Assembly (NCBI GenBank): GCA_964016885.1
Contig: OZ024743.1
Location: 301,816,001 to 301,880,000, forward strand
Length of the DNA stretch: 64,000 nucleotides
DNA from: Eledone cirrhosa
Taxonomy: Eukaryota
Reading direction: 5' to 3'
Shown: positions 14,321 to 28,896 of the stretch, one piece after another
How positions within the stretch are numbered: the stretch's first letter is position 1
Layout of the letters: each line of letters begins with the position of its first letter
Position numbers and translations under genes: made by a program
The notes under the pieces: generated by a model
Seen by the model: only the letters and a program-made list of their open reading frames with translations
The model's database searches: none
What the model was told of the DNA's origin: nothing

Positions 14321-14406
<86 letters not shown>

Positions 14407-16019
14407 GAATGGCCATGTAAATCCATAGGTGCCCTGTTTAAAAGTTGCTTGATACTTCAGTGGAGTATAGCCATATTGACTTTTTTTTTAGAAATAACTT
14501 TTTCAGGCCGAGACCTGTTTCATTCGTAAGAAATCATAATTTACTTTATTCTCGAATACATTTTTGTACAACGATATGCGATTGCCAATTTAATTCGTGA
14601 TTCTATCTATATATATGGACAAAATACCAATACATAATTAACCGGTTAATTAGTAGCCGTTAGTCTTAAAACATATTTTACATACTCTACAAGTAAATTC
14701 ACGTGAGTTACTTTATGATCGAATACAATATTTCGAAAACAAATCTTTTTCATAGCCAAAAATACATGATTATATCATATAAACCACGTGATCTAGCATA
14801 GATGTAAAAAAGAAAAGCTATATATATTCCATTCCTTTCATTTCAGACTCTTTATATTTCTATTTATTATTTTATCTTTCACTCTATCTTGTGGTACAAG
14901 AATAGAATCCGAAACCTATCTTTCTATGGCATAAATTTTCAAAATAAAATATTCCTTCGTATGAGACTTTCAAACAAATTTATACTTTCATGGATGGCGT
15001 CCACATGATGAGGAAATGATCCAGCACCATGTTATATAATGTCTGCTGATAGTAACTAAGTACATTAATAGTTGGAGTTGGAACTGTTGTTAACAGATGT
15101 TAGTATGCCAGTTTGTATGTTTGTGTTTATCAGTTATAGCATACACACTGTTATACATACATCAATAATATATATCATTCTAGTTGTTGTCTTCCTGTTC
15201 CTTCTACAACAACTAAAACTGTACGCGATGGGGCCCACCCACAGCCCCGGCGGACAGACTGGAGAAGGCGTTTCCCAGGAGGATGGCAAGGGAGACGCGG
15301 TGGAAAAGTCATTCCAACTCGCAGAGCTCAAGCCGTTTTAACAGCTATTTCTGGAATCCAGAAATATCCATCGAGAGCCCTGCCGTCGGGCTACTGAACC
15401 TTTTCCTATATATATATATATATGTGTATAACACATATGTTTATTTATTTGTATATTTATATATATGTATATACATATGCACTTGTGTTATACATTTTTA
15501 AAGCATTGTGATTAATTAAATTCAGAACTTAATTAAAAGCCGTAAATATGTATGATGAAACATGAGAAAAAGGCATCTCACCATTTATACTTCCGCAGCA
15601 GAGCGTAGAAAAGACGTATCAATATTATCATTGATCATCTAAACTGAAACCGAGAGTCGCACATCCCTCGTAGACTATGGAGTTGTTTTGAAATTTGTTT
15701 GACTAACAAATATCAAACGTATATATAGAAGCATCAATTAATGTACTACGCTTATGTGTGTGGTGGAATAATTATCGCCTGAGAATTGCTCACACCCCTC
15801 GGAGTAGTTAATATTTTACTGCAATAAACTGAATATCGACAAGGCGAGTCAGTCAGAGTAGATTTATTATAATCTAAGAAACTAGATAGTATGCACCCTC
15901 CCATCATATAGCAAAGAAGACATAAACTAAATACAAAAGTACTTGCACAATCGTATTATTCACTACAAAACAACGGCCATCCAACATCAGGTTATGGTAT
16001 GAATGCACTGCATCTACCT

Positions 16020-16076
<57 letters not shown>

Positions 16077-16084
16077 TCATCATC

Positions 16085-16480
16085 ATCATAATCAGGTCGT
16101 GCTAGCTCGGCTTTCTACGACACTTTTCCTCCATCCATCTCTTTATCTCATAGCGTTTGCCAGTTCTTCCGCAGTGCATCCAGTATCGTCCTCAAGTTGC
16201 TTGACGTATTTCTCCTTGGGACGAGCAGCGTTTCTTGCTGCATGAGATGAACTCCACAACAACACATCACCTGCTATTTCTACCTTGCTGCGCCAACACT
16301 GGCAGCAAATCTGAGTCTCTGTCCACGTATTGACCTGCTGATAGGTGGTATATTGCCATAGAGATCCTTATTTGTTGGGTGTGCTCTCAAAGACACGTTT
16401 AACACCACGCGGAGCATACGTGTGTATGCCCCGTCTAGCTTTTTCTCCAGCGGCAAATCGGACTCCTTATTGTCACTCCA
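16085..16480 (-). mobile_element. RTE-clade LINE 3' fragment
   Basis: [20 protein letters not shown]...HPTNKDLYG...IRGQRLRFA; ends at an (ATG)n tail. Confidence 0.85.
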
Positions 16481-16506
16481 AATATATGCGTACATGTATA
16501 CATTCA

Positions 16507-16682
<176 letters not shown>

Positions 16683-16683
16683 A

Positions 16684-16730
<47 letters not shown>

Positions 16731-17548
16731 TGAATTATAAGAATCAAAGAACTGTTCAAAACATTTTTATGGTTACAACTGTTTCCTCCAAACCGAGGTT
16801 TGGATTCTTCCGAGCAATTTATTAATGAATGAACACTTATATGACCTCCCTTTCACCCCAGAGACATACAGATACATATGCAAATATTGTGGGTCAACAT
16901 TAATTACAGCATTTAGAGTGGCAGTACACACTTAGAGATTACATTCATATTAAAAGATACAATAAAAAATACAGGTTAAAGTACAACATGGAAATAAGTG
17001 GTTATATAGTGCAAAGGTTATATGTGTGGCAATCACGTGCGTCTTGTTTATATAGTGTGGCAGAGAGTTACGTGTAGTAGAAGCCCTTAAGTAGGTAAAC
17101 AAGAGTGTTAGGTTGGTTGATCTGGTGACAAATTCTTTATATGATTGTTATAATCTGTGTGTGGAGAAATAATATAAGCATTAACAATAGTGCAAGCATT
17201 AAAAATATTTAAAATATTGGAAATGCGCAGTGAAGGGATGATATGGACCTCATGTACTTCGACATTTTCATAGTCTGGGGAGTGCATTTTTCAGATTATA
17301 TGCCCCTCACCTAATCCACGACGATTCGATACTGAGCGTTTGACAATCCAGTTAGATTATCGTAGTCTGATGTTCTTTAGTTCAATACAGGAGGATGTTA
17401 CGTTTCGAGAATCGACATCGAAATACTACCCGGAAGTGTGTGTGTGGCTAAGGAGAGTTAATGGATGAGGGGAGGTAACTCCGAGGTTTCTATTACTAAC
17501 TATTGAAATGTGTCTCAAAATAGACCCTAACTTCTATGGTTATGCGCA

Positions 17549-18754
17549 AAAAAACTCATTTACGTAGATACCAAGTCTAATCACCCTAGATCAATATTAA
17601 ACTCTATCTATAAGGGGGTATCCAATAGAATCTCTATTCTATCCTATGACGCAAGCATATATAGCAAAAACTCACAATATTATAATCAAGCATTAACTAG
17701 ATCCGGCCATAATATAGAAATTGAGTTCCTACCTAAGAAAACGCATAGCTACATCATCTTGCACAACATGTCCATGAGGAAACCTAATAATAGGAATAGC
17801 AACCGCAAGTGCACCAAAGCGAAGCGTGCCACCGGAAGTAACCATTACCACGGAAACTACCGTAGTGCCTTAGGAAGAAACACCACACCAGACACTAAAA
17901 ACAAAAATAGAAGAAGAAATAATACATGTTTCAACCCTCCTTTCAACCTAAATGCCTCCACCAACATACCTAGGGCTTTCTTCTCACTACTAGATAAAAA
18001 CTTCCCTCTAGGACACAAGTACCACAACCTTTTAAACAAAAACACTATTAAAATCTCATACTCTACGACGCCTAACTTAGCATACCACATAGCTAGCAGC
18101 AATAAAAGTAAAATTAATTCTTACTTCCAACAAACGAAATCACAACAGGAGGTAAACCTTCTAAATACCTCTGTAGCAAGCAACCATAGTAACGGCAGTA
18201 ACAATAGAAATAACACTATTATAAGAAATAACACCGGGGTCGACAACCCGAATGTCCAAAATCCTATAGCTACGACCCAGACTTCTGCACGGCATTATAA
18301 CCAGCAGACTAACACACAGGATAATTGTAACTGTAGAGCTAATAGAACGTGCCCTTTAGATAAAAAATGCCTAACCAAGGATATCATATACTCATGCACC
18401 GTCACAACTAGCAACTCTTCAGAAACCTATATAGGCTCCACTTCTAACTGCTTCAAAATCAGATATAATTCGCACATCCACTCGTTCAAAAAGCACAGTC
18501 TAGCCAACTCCACCTCATTATCTAGCTACATACACTATCTAAAAACTAAAAATAAACCTTACACACTCAAATGGGAAGTGATAGGTAGCGCGACTTCGTA
18601 CAAACCACCTCATAAATTTTGTAACCTCTGTATACTAGAGACCCACAATATTATCTTCTCTAACCGTAACCTACTTAACAAAAAATCTGAAGTGTTTGCA
18701 ACTTGCCAGCACCGCTTCAGACATTCCTTCCAAAACTTTAAGCCCAATACATAG
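17549..18754 (+). CDS. PLE polyprotein C-terminal part (RT thumb, linker, GIY-YIG endonuclease); 5'-truncated but uninterrupted
   Basis: YVDTKSNHP, FNPPF, NTIKISYS, CxCx5Cx5C linker, IIY...YIG...FKIRY..H, CNLC..E, CQH; frame stays open upstream of the annotated start at 17759. Confidence 0.9.
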   Translation, partial: KKLIYVDTKSNHPRSILNSIYKGVSNRISILSYDASIYSKNSQYYNQALTRSGHNIEIEFLPKKTHSYIILHNMSMRKPNNRNSNRKCTKAKRATGSNHYHGNYRSALGRNTTPDTKNKNRRRNNTCFNPPFNLNASTNIPRAFFSLLDKNFPLGHKYHNLLNKNTIKISYSTTPNLAYHIASSNKSKINSYFQQTKSQQEVNLLNTSVASNHSNGSNNRNNTIIRNNTGVDNPNVQNPIATTQTSARHYNQQTNTQDNCNCRANRTCPLDKKCLTKDIIYSCTVTTSNSSETYIGSTSNCFKIRYNSHIHSFKKHSLANSTSLSSYIHYLKTKNKPYTLKWEVIGSATSYKPPHKFCNLCILETHNIIFSNRNLLNKKSEVFATCQHRFRHSFQNFKPNT

Positions 18755-20179
18755 CAATGTCGGACTTGAACCAAACACCACTTCTAGCATCAAACACCAG
18801 GGACACACCTTATACCACATACCCAACACTCACTGATCTAATATAACACAAACAGCGACATCCCTCTAGAACACTTCGCAGGCGAATACCCATTTGTACC
18901 TCTACTTTAGGTGTGACTTGAACTGCACTACACCACTCTATAGATAGTTTAAGCATGAATTGATTGTCTTGTTAGTGTTGTGCGGAGGAAGTGGCATCGT
19001 TGGACAGATGAAAAACGAATTAATCTAGTAACGCTGATGAGCAGTATGACCGGTACGCTGAGTGCAGGGAATGAATCTATTGCAAGTGGCGTATCGGTTG
19101 TACATATATGGATGATTTGATGGTCATATTGGGGTCAGGAGGACTGCAGATTGACCTCTGGTCGGCCCTGGTGATTATCTTTCGACATCCAATGTAGCAA
19201 GCGATGACCCGGAACTTACCAGAGATCATTGTGTATTGGAGTGATTCTGCAATCACCGCGCCGGGTCCTTTGAGTAGACTGCAACCACAGAGATCATTAA
19301 TTTAGAACCCTCGCTCGTCGTCTATAATATTCATTTGTGGCACTCTACGATGGGGGTTAATCACCATAATAATACGAACACCTTCAGCACAACTTAATAG
19401 ACTACTCTATAGTTAAAACACTTTAAGTTTTAGATATTTTTTAGAAATTGCGCATAAGCATAGAAGTTAGGGTCTATTTTGAGACGCATTTCAATAGTTA
19501 GTAATAGAAACCTCGGAGTTACCTCCCCTCGTGCATTAACTCCCGTTAGCCACACACACACTTCCGAGTAGTATTTCGATGTCGATTCTCGAAACGTAAC
19601 ATCCTCCTGTATTGAACTAAAGAACATCAGACTACGATTCTCTAACTGGATTGTCAAACGCTCAATATCGAATCGTCGTGGATTATGTGAGGGGCATATA
19701 ATCTGAAAAATGCACTCCCCATACTATGAAAATGTCGAAGTACATTAGGTCCATATCATCCCTTCACTGCGCATTTCCAATATTTTAAATATTTTTAATG
19801 CTTGCACTATTTTTAATACTTAAATTATTTCTCCACACACAGATTATAACAAGCATATAAAGAATTTGTCACCAGATCAACCAACCTAACACTCTTGTTT
19901 ACCTACTTAAGGGCGTCTACTACACGTAACTCTCTGCCACACTATATAAACTAGACGCACGTGCTTGCCACACATATAACATTTGCACTATATAACCGCT
20001 TATTTTCATGTTGTACATTAAACTGTATTTTTGATTGTATCTTTTAATATGAATGTAATCTCTAAGTATGTACTGCCACTCTAAATGCTTAATGAATGTT
20101 GACCCACAATATTTGCATATGTATATGTATGTCTCTGGGGTGAAAAGGAGGTCATATAAGTGTTCATTCATTAATAAAT

Positions 20180-20226
20180 TGCTCGGAAGAATCCAAACCT
20201 CGGTTTGGAGGAAACAGTTGTAAGCA
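20180..20226 (+). ncRNA. Type I HHR with U4G core (mirror copy at 16770-16816, minus strand)
   Basis: tgct-CGGAAGA-a-tccaaacc-tc-ggtttgga-g-GAAA-cagttg-TA-agca. Confidence 0.75.
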
Positions 20227-20429
20227 TAAACATGTTTTGAACAGTTCTTTGATTCTTATAATTCATATAACTGCTCTGTAAATAATCTGATGCTTTTACA
20301 TTGAGCTACTTAACTCACTTGTAATAAGGTAGTAATATATTACTGCCTACCATTATTTAGGGTTTGTATAAATATATATATAACTGCAAAAAGTGTTTAT
20401 ATTCACATAACCATAAATAGTATAATTAA

Positions 20430-20511
<82 letters not shown>

Positions 20512-20718
20512 ATATATTAAATTAACAGATTAAAGTTTAAGTAAAGATTAGCTGCTTTGACCTTTCAGAAGAGCCCGTTAAGGGTGAAATCAGGGTTTCT
20601 TTGCTTAAAATGTAATTTTTTATATTTATAAATATTTGATCTAGGGTTCTTATATATTTGATGTATATTTATCCATATCGAGTCCTCTTTGGATTTTAGT
20701 CTTCAAATTTATTATTAC

Positions 20719-21276
<558 letters not shown>

Positions 21277-21343
21277 GTATATATGTAGAGTGACAATAAG
21301 GAGTCAGATTTGCAGCTAGCCTTGTGCCAGAAGTACAAATAAT

Positions 21344-21378
<35 letters not shown>

Positions 21379-21409
21379 TAATATAATAATGAATAAACAA
21401 AGATTTATC

Positions 21410-21460
<51 letters not shown>

Positions 21461-21509
21461 AGGATGAATATAAAATGAAAGTGCTTTTGTTAAAAAAGGA
21501 ATTTATTAG

Positions 21510-21628
21510 GTATTGACATATGTTTCTGTAACAGACCGAATACCTATGTATCGCTGCTTGCGTAATCATATAATGTTAGCAAGTATTCGATAGCAAATGT
21601 ATAATCAGTTGTCACTTCTTCAGAGATT
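21510..21628 (-). ncRNA. HHR-like motif with long helix II and poor helix I
   Basis: CTGAAGA-a-gtgaca...tgttac-a-GAAA-catatg-TC, followed by aataaa; TA-flanked insert. Confidence 0.55.
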
Positions 21629-21651
21629 TTGGATAAACTGGATAAAATCAT

Positions 21652-21727
<76 letters not shown>

Positions 21728-21777
21728 AGTAAGTATGTCTTGAAATAGTGAGCAGGTTTGTAATTAGAAAATAGAAT

Positions 21778-21963
21778 AACTTTCACCGTATTTTTGACTA
21801 AAGGAATATTAGCCTGATAATGGGGTTTAGAACCCTCAGATAAATGGAAAAAGATGAGTATTGACGTACACGTATGTCAATACTCATCTTTTTCCATTTA
21901 TCTGACGGTTCTAAACCCCGTAATCAGGCTAAAATTCCTTTAGTCAAAAATACGGTTAAAGCT
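21778..21963. repeat. Hairpin with ~90 bp arms between TA-rich tracts
   Basis: accgtatttttgactaaagg...gagtattgac / gtcaatactc...cctttagtcaaaaatacggt. Confidence 0.8.
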
Positions 21964-22672
21964 ATTATAATTCATATACATTTTTTTTCATTCATATACA
22001 TTATTATTTGTCTGACCCGAATTTTCTTGGTCGTGTTTTCGGCTGTGCGATTGATTGTTTAAGCATCGTCTCAGTGTGTTGGTATTTAAACGTTAATTAT
22101 AGCTCTGGTTTATCCAAACTATCGAGCGCTTTGCAAACACATTTCGAAGATTGTTTTACGTTATTTCGTGGGCCGAGGTTCCGATTCTCGATAATTTATT
22201 TGTATATGTATATATAATCGCGAAAGGTGAATATTAATTTCGAACGATATTAATATTAATAATTGTTTTTGGCCCGTTCGGGTCTCCGCTGCTGTTTTCA
22301 CGCTGTCTCTGCCACTCTCCTATCGCTCTCTCCTTCTTTCTTTCTCTCCGTATCTCTATTTCTCTTTCTAGATTGCTATTTGTTCACGCTGTCTCTGTCT
22401 ATTTCTCTTCTGCCTCTCTCATATCTATCTCTTTCATTCTTCCTCTCTTTCTCTCTCTCTCTATCTCTCACTCTACCTTTTTTCCCCACCTTTCACGCTA
22501 TCTCTCTCTCTCCTATATCTCCCCATTTTTTCTGGTTCTCTCTCTATAGATCGCACAAGCTATCTCTCTCTCTCTTTCCCTCTAAATCGCTCCTTACATT
22601 TCTCACTAGATGTATCTCTCTCTGGCCCTCTCTCTTTCCGTCTTTAACATTTCGCCTATCCTTCCCCCTATC

Positions 22673-22775
<103 letters not shown>

Positions 22776-22789
22776 GCTCTACAAGGAAA

Positions 22790-25700
22790 TGGACTGCACG
22801 CAGGGAAGAAATGAAATTAAAAGCCAGCGAAACTGGTCAAACATGGAACTAGAGGTTTTGATCAAACGGTGGAGCCTGGTTGATGGGTCACCACCAGGCA
22901 AAGAAATTGCGGAGACTCTGAAGAACCATGGCTTTCTGAAGTCTCTGGCGCAGATAGACAGAAAAAGAAAAGAAATTGAGAAGGCCTATGTCCTCATAGC
23001 GCCACATATCGTGATGCTAAGCCGTCGTGTCCTCAAGGAAGAGAAAAACGGGGAGAAAGAAAAAGAAAATAGAAAAGGGAGAAACCACAAGCACGGACCT
23101 GAAAGAGAATGAGATACCCGCCGCCACAGTCAGAGAAGGCAGGCCGGGCAACCAACAAGCAAACGGTAAAGCTGAGAAGCGAAATCACATTCCGAAAGAA
23201 AACCAAGCAGAGAGGGACCAGTAGACAACTGTCCAAAGGAAGAACCACAGGCGCCGCGAAACTGGCAGCAGGAAGACCCAGGTAACGTGCAAGCTCTTCA
23301 GGAAAGGGACCTGCTGGCATGAAGAAACAAAGCCAGGCTGTAGATTCGCTCACCCAAGGCCCCAAGCGAACTATGCCCAACCTACTCACATAACATCCTC
23401 CAAACAAAACTCGAAACGATGCAAGCGGCCCCAGAAATATGCTGATGTCGCACGTGCCGCTCCAACAAGGAGAAGGCACGCATATACCGACGAGAGAGAG
23501 ATGGCGGCAGCCGTGCAAAAAAGAAATGTTTGATGACAGAGAAGAGTGTTGGACAGCTGACCTAGCTGCATCGTTTTCAGAGCCAGGGTCACTCTCACCA
23601 GCACTCGAGACCACCACAATTAAGGGACCCAGAGTGGCCACCGCTGACACCAGGCCAGATGTCATACCGACAGCCATTGCTGCCACCCCAAAAGACACAT
23701 CAGTGCTGCTGCTGAATGGAGAAACTCACTAACATGAGTAACATTTCCTACCTGGTAGACTTAGCCATAAGTAATCACGCATTATGCATGGTACTAACTG
23801 AAACGCACCTGGCAAGCAGTATAACAGATGCGGAAATACATATACTAAAATATACTGTATTTCGTTCGGACAGGATGGAGAGAAGTCATGGTGGGGTTGC
23901 TCTGTATATCCGTGAAGATGTCACACCAATTGTACTGTTGACACAATCAAACTGTCTGTGACACACTGATAGTACATACGAAGCAACTAAACACAGTGAT
24001 ATGCGTCACATATCGGCCACCCGTTTCCCCCAGTCATGAGGGTAAATTTGATGAGAGCCTCAGTAGGATAGAAGAGGTCATTGACAAACTGGACCAAGGT
24101 CTCAACTTTCTGCTGCTGGGAGACTTGAATCTGCCAAAGCTCAAATGTCCTGGGAGCCACCTCCTCTCAGGAATGACCTCACTAGAACAGAGACAGACGT
24201 AGTCCCTGTTGGCCCTCACATACAGGCTGTTCATGGGACAAGCAGTGCTCCTCCCAACAAGAAGCGACAATGTTCCTGATCTCTGTTTTACAAACAATGT
24301 AGTGCTCATCCACATTGTAAAGGTCACACCAACAATTTTCTCCGATCATAACTTAGTAGAACTAATGATATGTGGTCCGAGAAAACCAACAGAGACACAA
24401 TCATCAAGAAGCACCGGGATCTTATCCACCCTTAACTTCTACAAGTCTAACTGTAAAAAGATCAAGAGAAAATTCCGGAAGCAAATATGGAGCAACAACA
24501 TCGCCACACAAGACACCAACACACATGTTCAACAACTCATGCAACGATACAAACTATATGTGAAAAGTTTGTCCTGGAGGAAAAGGCCAATACACACAAA
24601 CATCTTATTCCCAGAGATAGGAAAATCCTTATGAGAAGTAGAACTAAGCTCAAAAGCCAGTTGAATGCACAACAAGAAAACAAAAACGAAAACAAGAAGG
24701 AATCCTATTTGAAACCTGGACTACTTGACATCGAAATTGCACTGAAACTTTCCCATGAACATTAGAAGGCAAAGAAAGAATACAGGGCCATAGAAAATAT
24801 TAAGACAAACCGTAAGGCCTTCTTTAAATTTGCAAAAGAGACTGCCTCAGTACACTGCAACATTGGGCCACTCTTCCAGAAAGACGGTTCATTAACCGAG
24901 AATCCCCAAGAGATAAGTGAACTACTGAACGAACAGTAGCGTGTTCACATGTCCACTGAGGCACATTCAAATAACAAAGACAGAGGATTTCTTTGATGCC
25001 ACAACATTCCATGAAGAAATGGCGACCATCAACCACATATACATAACTGAGGAGGATGTGGTATACGCCATAGATGAAATTAGAAAAGATTCAGCTGCTG
25101 GACCTGGCGGATTCCCACCAGTCCTCTTATAAACATATAAGCGGACCTTAGCAACTCCACTGACAACGCTGTTCAGAAGCCCCTTGGGTAGCGGTAGACT
25201 ACTCGGGGAGCTGAAAGGAGGCACAATATAACCTCTCCATAAATGAAGTAGCAGAGCGGAGGCCAAAAGCTATAGGCTAATCTCCCTGACGTCATATGAT
25301 AGTAAGGTCATATAGCGATTCATCAGAATGAAAATTATCACTTTCCTTGAGGAAAATGACCGTCTTCGTAGCACGCAGCATGGCTTTCGCCCAGGAAGAA
25401 GCTGCCTTACACAGCTGCTACATCACCACGAATGAGTACTGAAACAACTGTTAGACAGCGGACATGTGGACGTGATATATCTTGACTTTCCGAAGGCCTT
25501 TGACAAGGTCTAACACGGAATGATATGTCACAAACTACACAGACTCGGCATAACTGGAAAAGTAGTTAAGTGGCTGCATGACTTCTTAAAGGACAGAAGC
25601 CAGGCAGTCACAGCAAACGGGGTTCTCTCAACGTAAACATCAATAACACGTGGGGTTCCCCAATGCACATTATCGGGACCACTACTGTTTTTGTTGGTTC

Positions 25701-26330
25701 TCTCAGACATGCCCTCTGTAGTACATACAACATCCCTCATTAGCTATGCTGATGACACTAAGGTAGCACAGCCAATCAATAATCCGGCTGACGCTGCCCT
25801 TTTACAAAAGGATCTGGATGCCATATACAAATGGGCACAGACAATAACATGCAGTTTAATGCTGGCAAATTCCAAGCCCTACAATAGAAACATGCATACA
25901 CAAATACAGTACAACACAGTTGCGCCGGACAAGGAGGGACCGATATTCTCGAGTTGAAGTCGGTACGAGACGTGGGTATAGACATGAGCGACGAGACACC
26001 ATGTTGACACTATGGAGGACATTTGTTCTAAGCCGCCTGGACTATTGCTCCCATTTGCGGTCACCCCATAGTGTTAAACTAACCACGGAGCTTGAGGCAA
26101 TCCAGCGAAGCTACACCAAGAGGATTGCAACGATGAAGGAGATAAGCTAATGGGAGAGGCTAAAATAATTGAACCTCTACTCCTTGGAAGGAAGACGGGA
26201 GAGATACGCAGTAATCTGCATGTGGAAAATCCTGTCATTGGGAGCGGTACCAACCCCCGAACAAGACGTCAATGTGTGGTGCCAAAGGTCCCGTCTTCCA
26301 CATCTAGAATAAGGAGCGGATATTGCAATA
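22790..26330 (+). mobile_element. Decayed CR1-group LINE (ORF1 remnant, APE, RT)
   Basis: VLTETHL, RSDRMERSHGGVALYIR, TYRPP, LLGDLN, QHGFRPGRSC, YLDFPKAFDKV, GVPQ, YADDTK; many stops and frameshifts. Confidence 0.92.
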
Positions 26331-27059
26331 TGTATATATTGTTATACTTTTGGAGGGTCATGTTTATATATTCAATTATATATAATATATGCACATTTCC
26401 TGGTCATCAGATATATATACTACAGTTATATGACTTTACATTTTGAAGAATGAATTGGCTGATAAAACAGAATTGTTTATGTAGTAAATATTTGATATTC
26501 TATCAGTCGGACTTAAAATGTTGATAACCGAATTTCAATATTTAATCCATGGAAGAATTCGTCACGTGGATACTTAATCATTAAGTCTGTTCTCACTATT
26601 AATTTAAATTTGCTTTATTATGGAATTTATTTTGTTTTTGCGGGTAGCCCTCTGCGACCGGATATCGGTGAGTAATTGCTGATCAAACATTTTTTTTATG
26701 ATTTCTGTATGATTACAGTAGAATGCAAATATATTTGTCGCTCTCATTATATGTCTATACTTTCTGCTCAAGATATATGAAGGTATGTTTCAATAGAGAC
26801 TCAGTCAACTCAGAAAATAATCAAAATGAAAAATAATTGTTTCTACTTTTGGCACAAGGTCAGCAATTATCCAGCACATTACTGGCACTTTATTTTATCG
26901 ACCCCGCATGACTGTTATTGCAGAGGTTGTCTGTTATCTTTCTCCAAAAATGTTTTTATTAGCAAACATCCCTCTGTCTGCTCACCTATAGTAGAACATA
27001 TTGACAATTACATAGTCAACGATTAATTCATATATTTAAGTATTTGCTTCGGTGTATTT

Positions 27060-27102
<43 letters not shown>

Positions 27103-27139
27103 TTGCGAGGTTTTTTATATGAAATCGTGTGTCGAAACA

Positions 27140-27517
27140 AATATTGTTATACTTGGGGAGGGTCATATTTGTGTAATATTGCCAGAATTAATAACAGAAC
27201 ATACTCACTGTTTGGTTGATTTTCGCTGAATAAAAATGGCGTAGCCATACAATTCAACAGGAGGAAACAATAGCACCACTGACGATGTTGCAGATGTGCA
27301 ACGAAAGATTTATGATAAACTATATATATGTGTTTGTGTCTATATTGTATCTGTATTATTCTTGACCGTCGGTCAGTCAATGGCAACATTGAGGACCGAG
27401 TATATTAGATTACCAATATAAAAGACACAGAAGCGAAAAGCGAAAACCAACCAAACAGTGAGTGTGTTCTGTTATTAATTCTGGCAATATTACACACATA
27501 TGACTCTCCCCAAGTAT

Positions 27518-27525
<8 letters not shown>
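27140..27525 (+). mobile_element. Fold-back element with HHR at 27275-27316
   Basis: Inverted arms ~27140-27225 and ~27440-27525; acca-CTGACGA-t-gttgca-gatg-tgcaac-GAAA-gatt-TA-tgat. Confidence 0.7.
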
Positions 27526-27551
<26 letters not shown>

Positions 27552-27553
<2 letters not shown>

Positions 27554-28550
27554 TTATTAAAATAACAGATTAAAGTTTAAGCTAATAATCGATGCTTTAC
27601 ACTTAACGGGATCTTCTGAAACTAAAAAAGTGTATCTGTGAACGCAGTAGTAAATATTTCAAAAACGTTGCAACTAAAGGAAGACAGGAAGACGATACTT
27701 TGGTTCATGAAACGTTCCCTGGCAAAGAACGGAAACAAACGAAGATAATGTGTCATTATTTGGTGCGGTGAAAACAATTACACACAAAGACAAAACCACG
27801 TTTATGGTAAAAGAAAGTCGTAGACTAATATTCTATTAGGTGGTTCATGGAGACATTCTCTGGCAATGAACGTAAAAACGGAGATAATTATGTGGAGCGT
27901 AGAGAACAATTACACGTAAAGACAAAACCACGTGAATGGTATAACTGAAATAGTAGACTAACATTCTATTTACGAAACCGAATGATTCTCGACTTCAGAG
28001 TTAAGAATAAAGTAAATAAAATGCAGAGGTAATTGAAATTAAATGTATACATACACATATCTATATACGTACATACACAAGCATAGGCGAAAACACTCGC
28101 CATGGGTATGCAAATACAAGCACGTACACACACAAAAAAAAACCCCAAAAAAACACGCACTCACATACAGAACCCACGCAACGTCTGTACCCTTACACAT
28201 ACGAAGCTATACACCATCCGGAATTTTAGTATTCGCCTTCAGTTATACCATCTACATGGTTTTATCTTTGCGTGTAATTGTTCTCACCGCTCCTCATAAT
28301 GACGAACCAAAGTATCGTCTTCCTGTTTTCCTTCGGTTGCAACGTTTTTTGAAATATTTACTTCTGCGTTCACAGATTGACTTTTTTAGTTTGAGAAGAT
28401 CCCGTTAATGGTGAAAGCGACGATTCTTTGCTTAAAATGTAATCTGTTATGTTAATAAATATTTGCTCTACGGTTCTTATATATCTGATGTATATGTATC
28501 CTTATCCAGCCATCTTCGGATTTTAGTCTTCAAAATATTATTATTACTAT
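27552..28550. mobile_element. TA-flanked fold-back element with an internal ~125 bp tandem duplication
   Basis: 27552-27760 is inverted relative to 28270-28460; tail shared with 20590-20722 and 9515-9585. Confidence 0.7.
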
Positions 28551-28723
28551 ATATATATATATATATAAAACAACAAAGAAGGTGTAGTATGATAAGTGAA
28601 TCACAATGCAACAGTGTACTCGATATTAAGGTAGTAGACTAAGTAATATGAAAAGAGTCAGGACCCGACGTCCGAGCTCTGGCCGCAGCTCGGCCGCCGA
28701 GGTCCTGACTCTTTTCATATAAA

Positions 28724-28759
<36 letters not shown>

Positions 28760-28814
28760 GACGTAAAATAAGAACATTTAAAAAAATTAAATTAACTTAC
28801 TTACTAAAATGTTC

Positions 28815-28896
28815 ACTCCAACTAATTAGTTTCTGTAAGGGAGTAAATATAGTTACGTAATGTAACTACAGAGAATTCCCTACGTCATCAGGGAGT
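28815..28896 (-). ncRNA. Type I HHR with extended helix II
   Basis: actcc-CTGATGA-c-gtaggg...ccttac-a-GAAA-ctaattag-TT-ggagt. Confidence 0.85.

Larger units (their letters stand above)
16728..20268 (+). mobile_element. 5'-truncated Naiad-like PLE with ~820 bp inverted pseudo-LTRs
   Basis: 16728-17549 is the reverse complement of 19449-20268; internal RT-thumb/GIY-YIG ORF; TA flanks. Confidence 0.92.

Noticed and set aside
15255-15320. CTGGAGA...stem...GAAA as an HHR
   Set aside because: A 9 bp stem exists, but A6 is changed and helices I and III do not pair
19034-19080. CTGATGA in the PLE 3' UTR
   Set aside because: No downstream GAAA with pairing helices
16728-20268. DNA transposon with long TIRs
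   Set aside because: The internal ORF is a PLE RT-thumb/GIY-YIG, and the arms carry HHRs, consistent with an inverted pseudo-LTR
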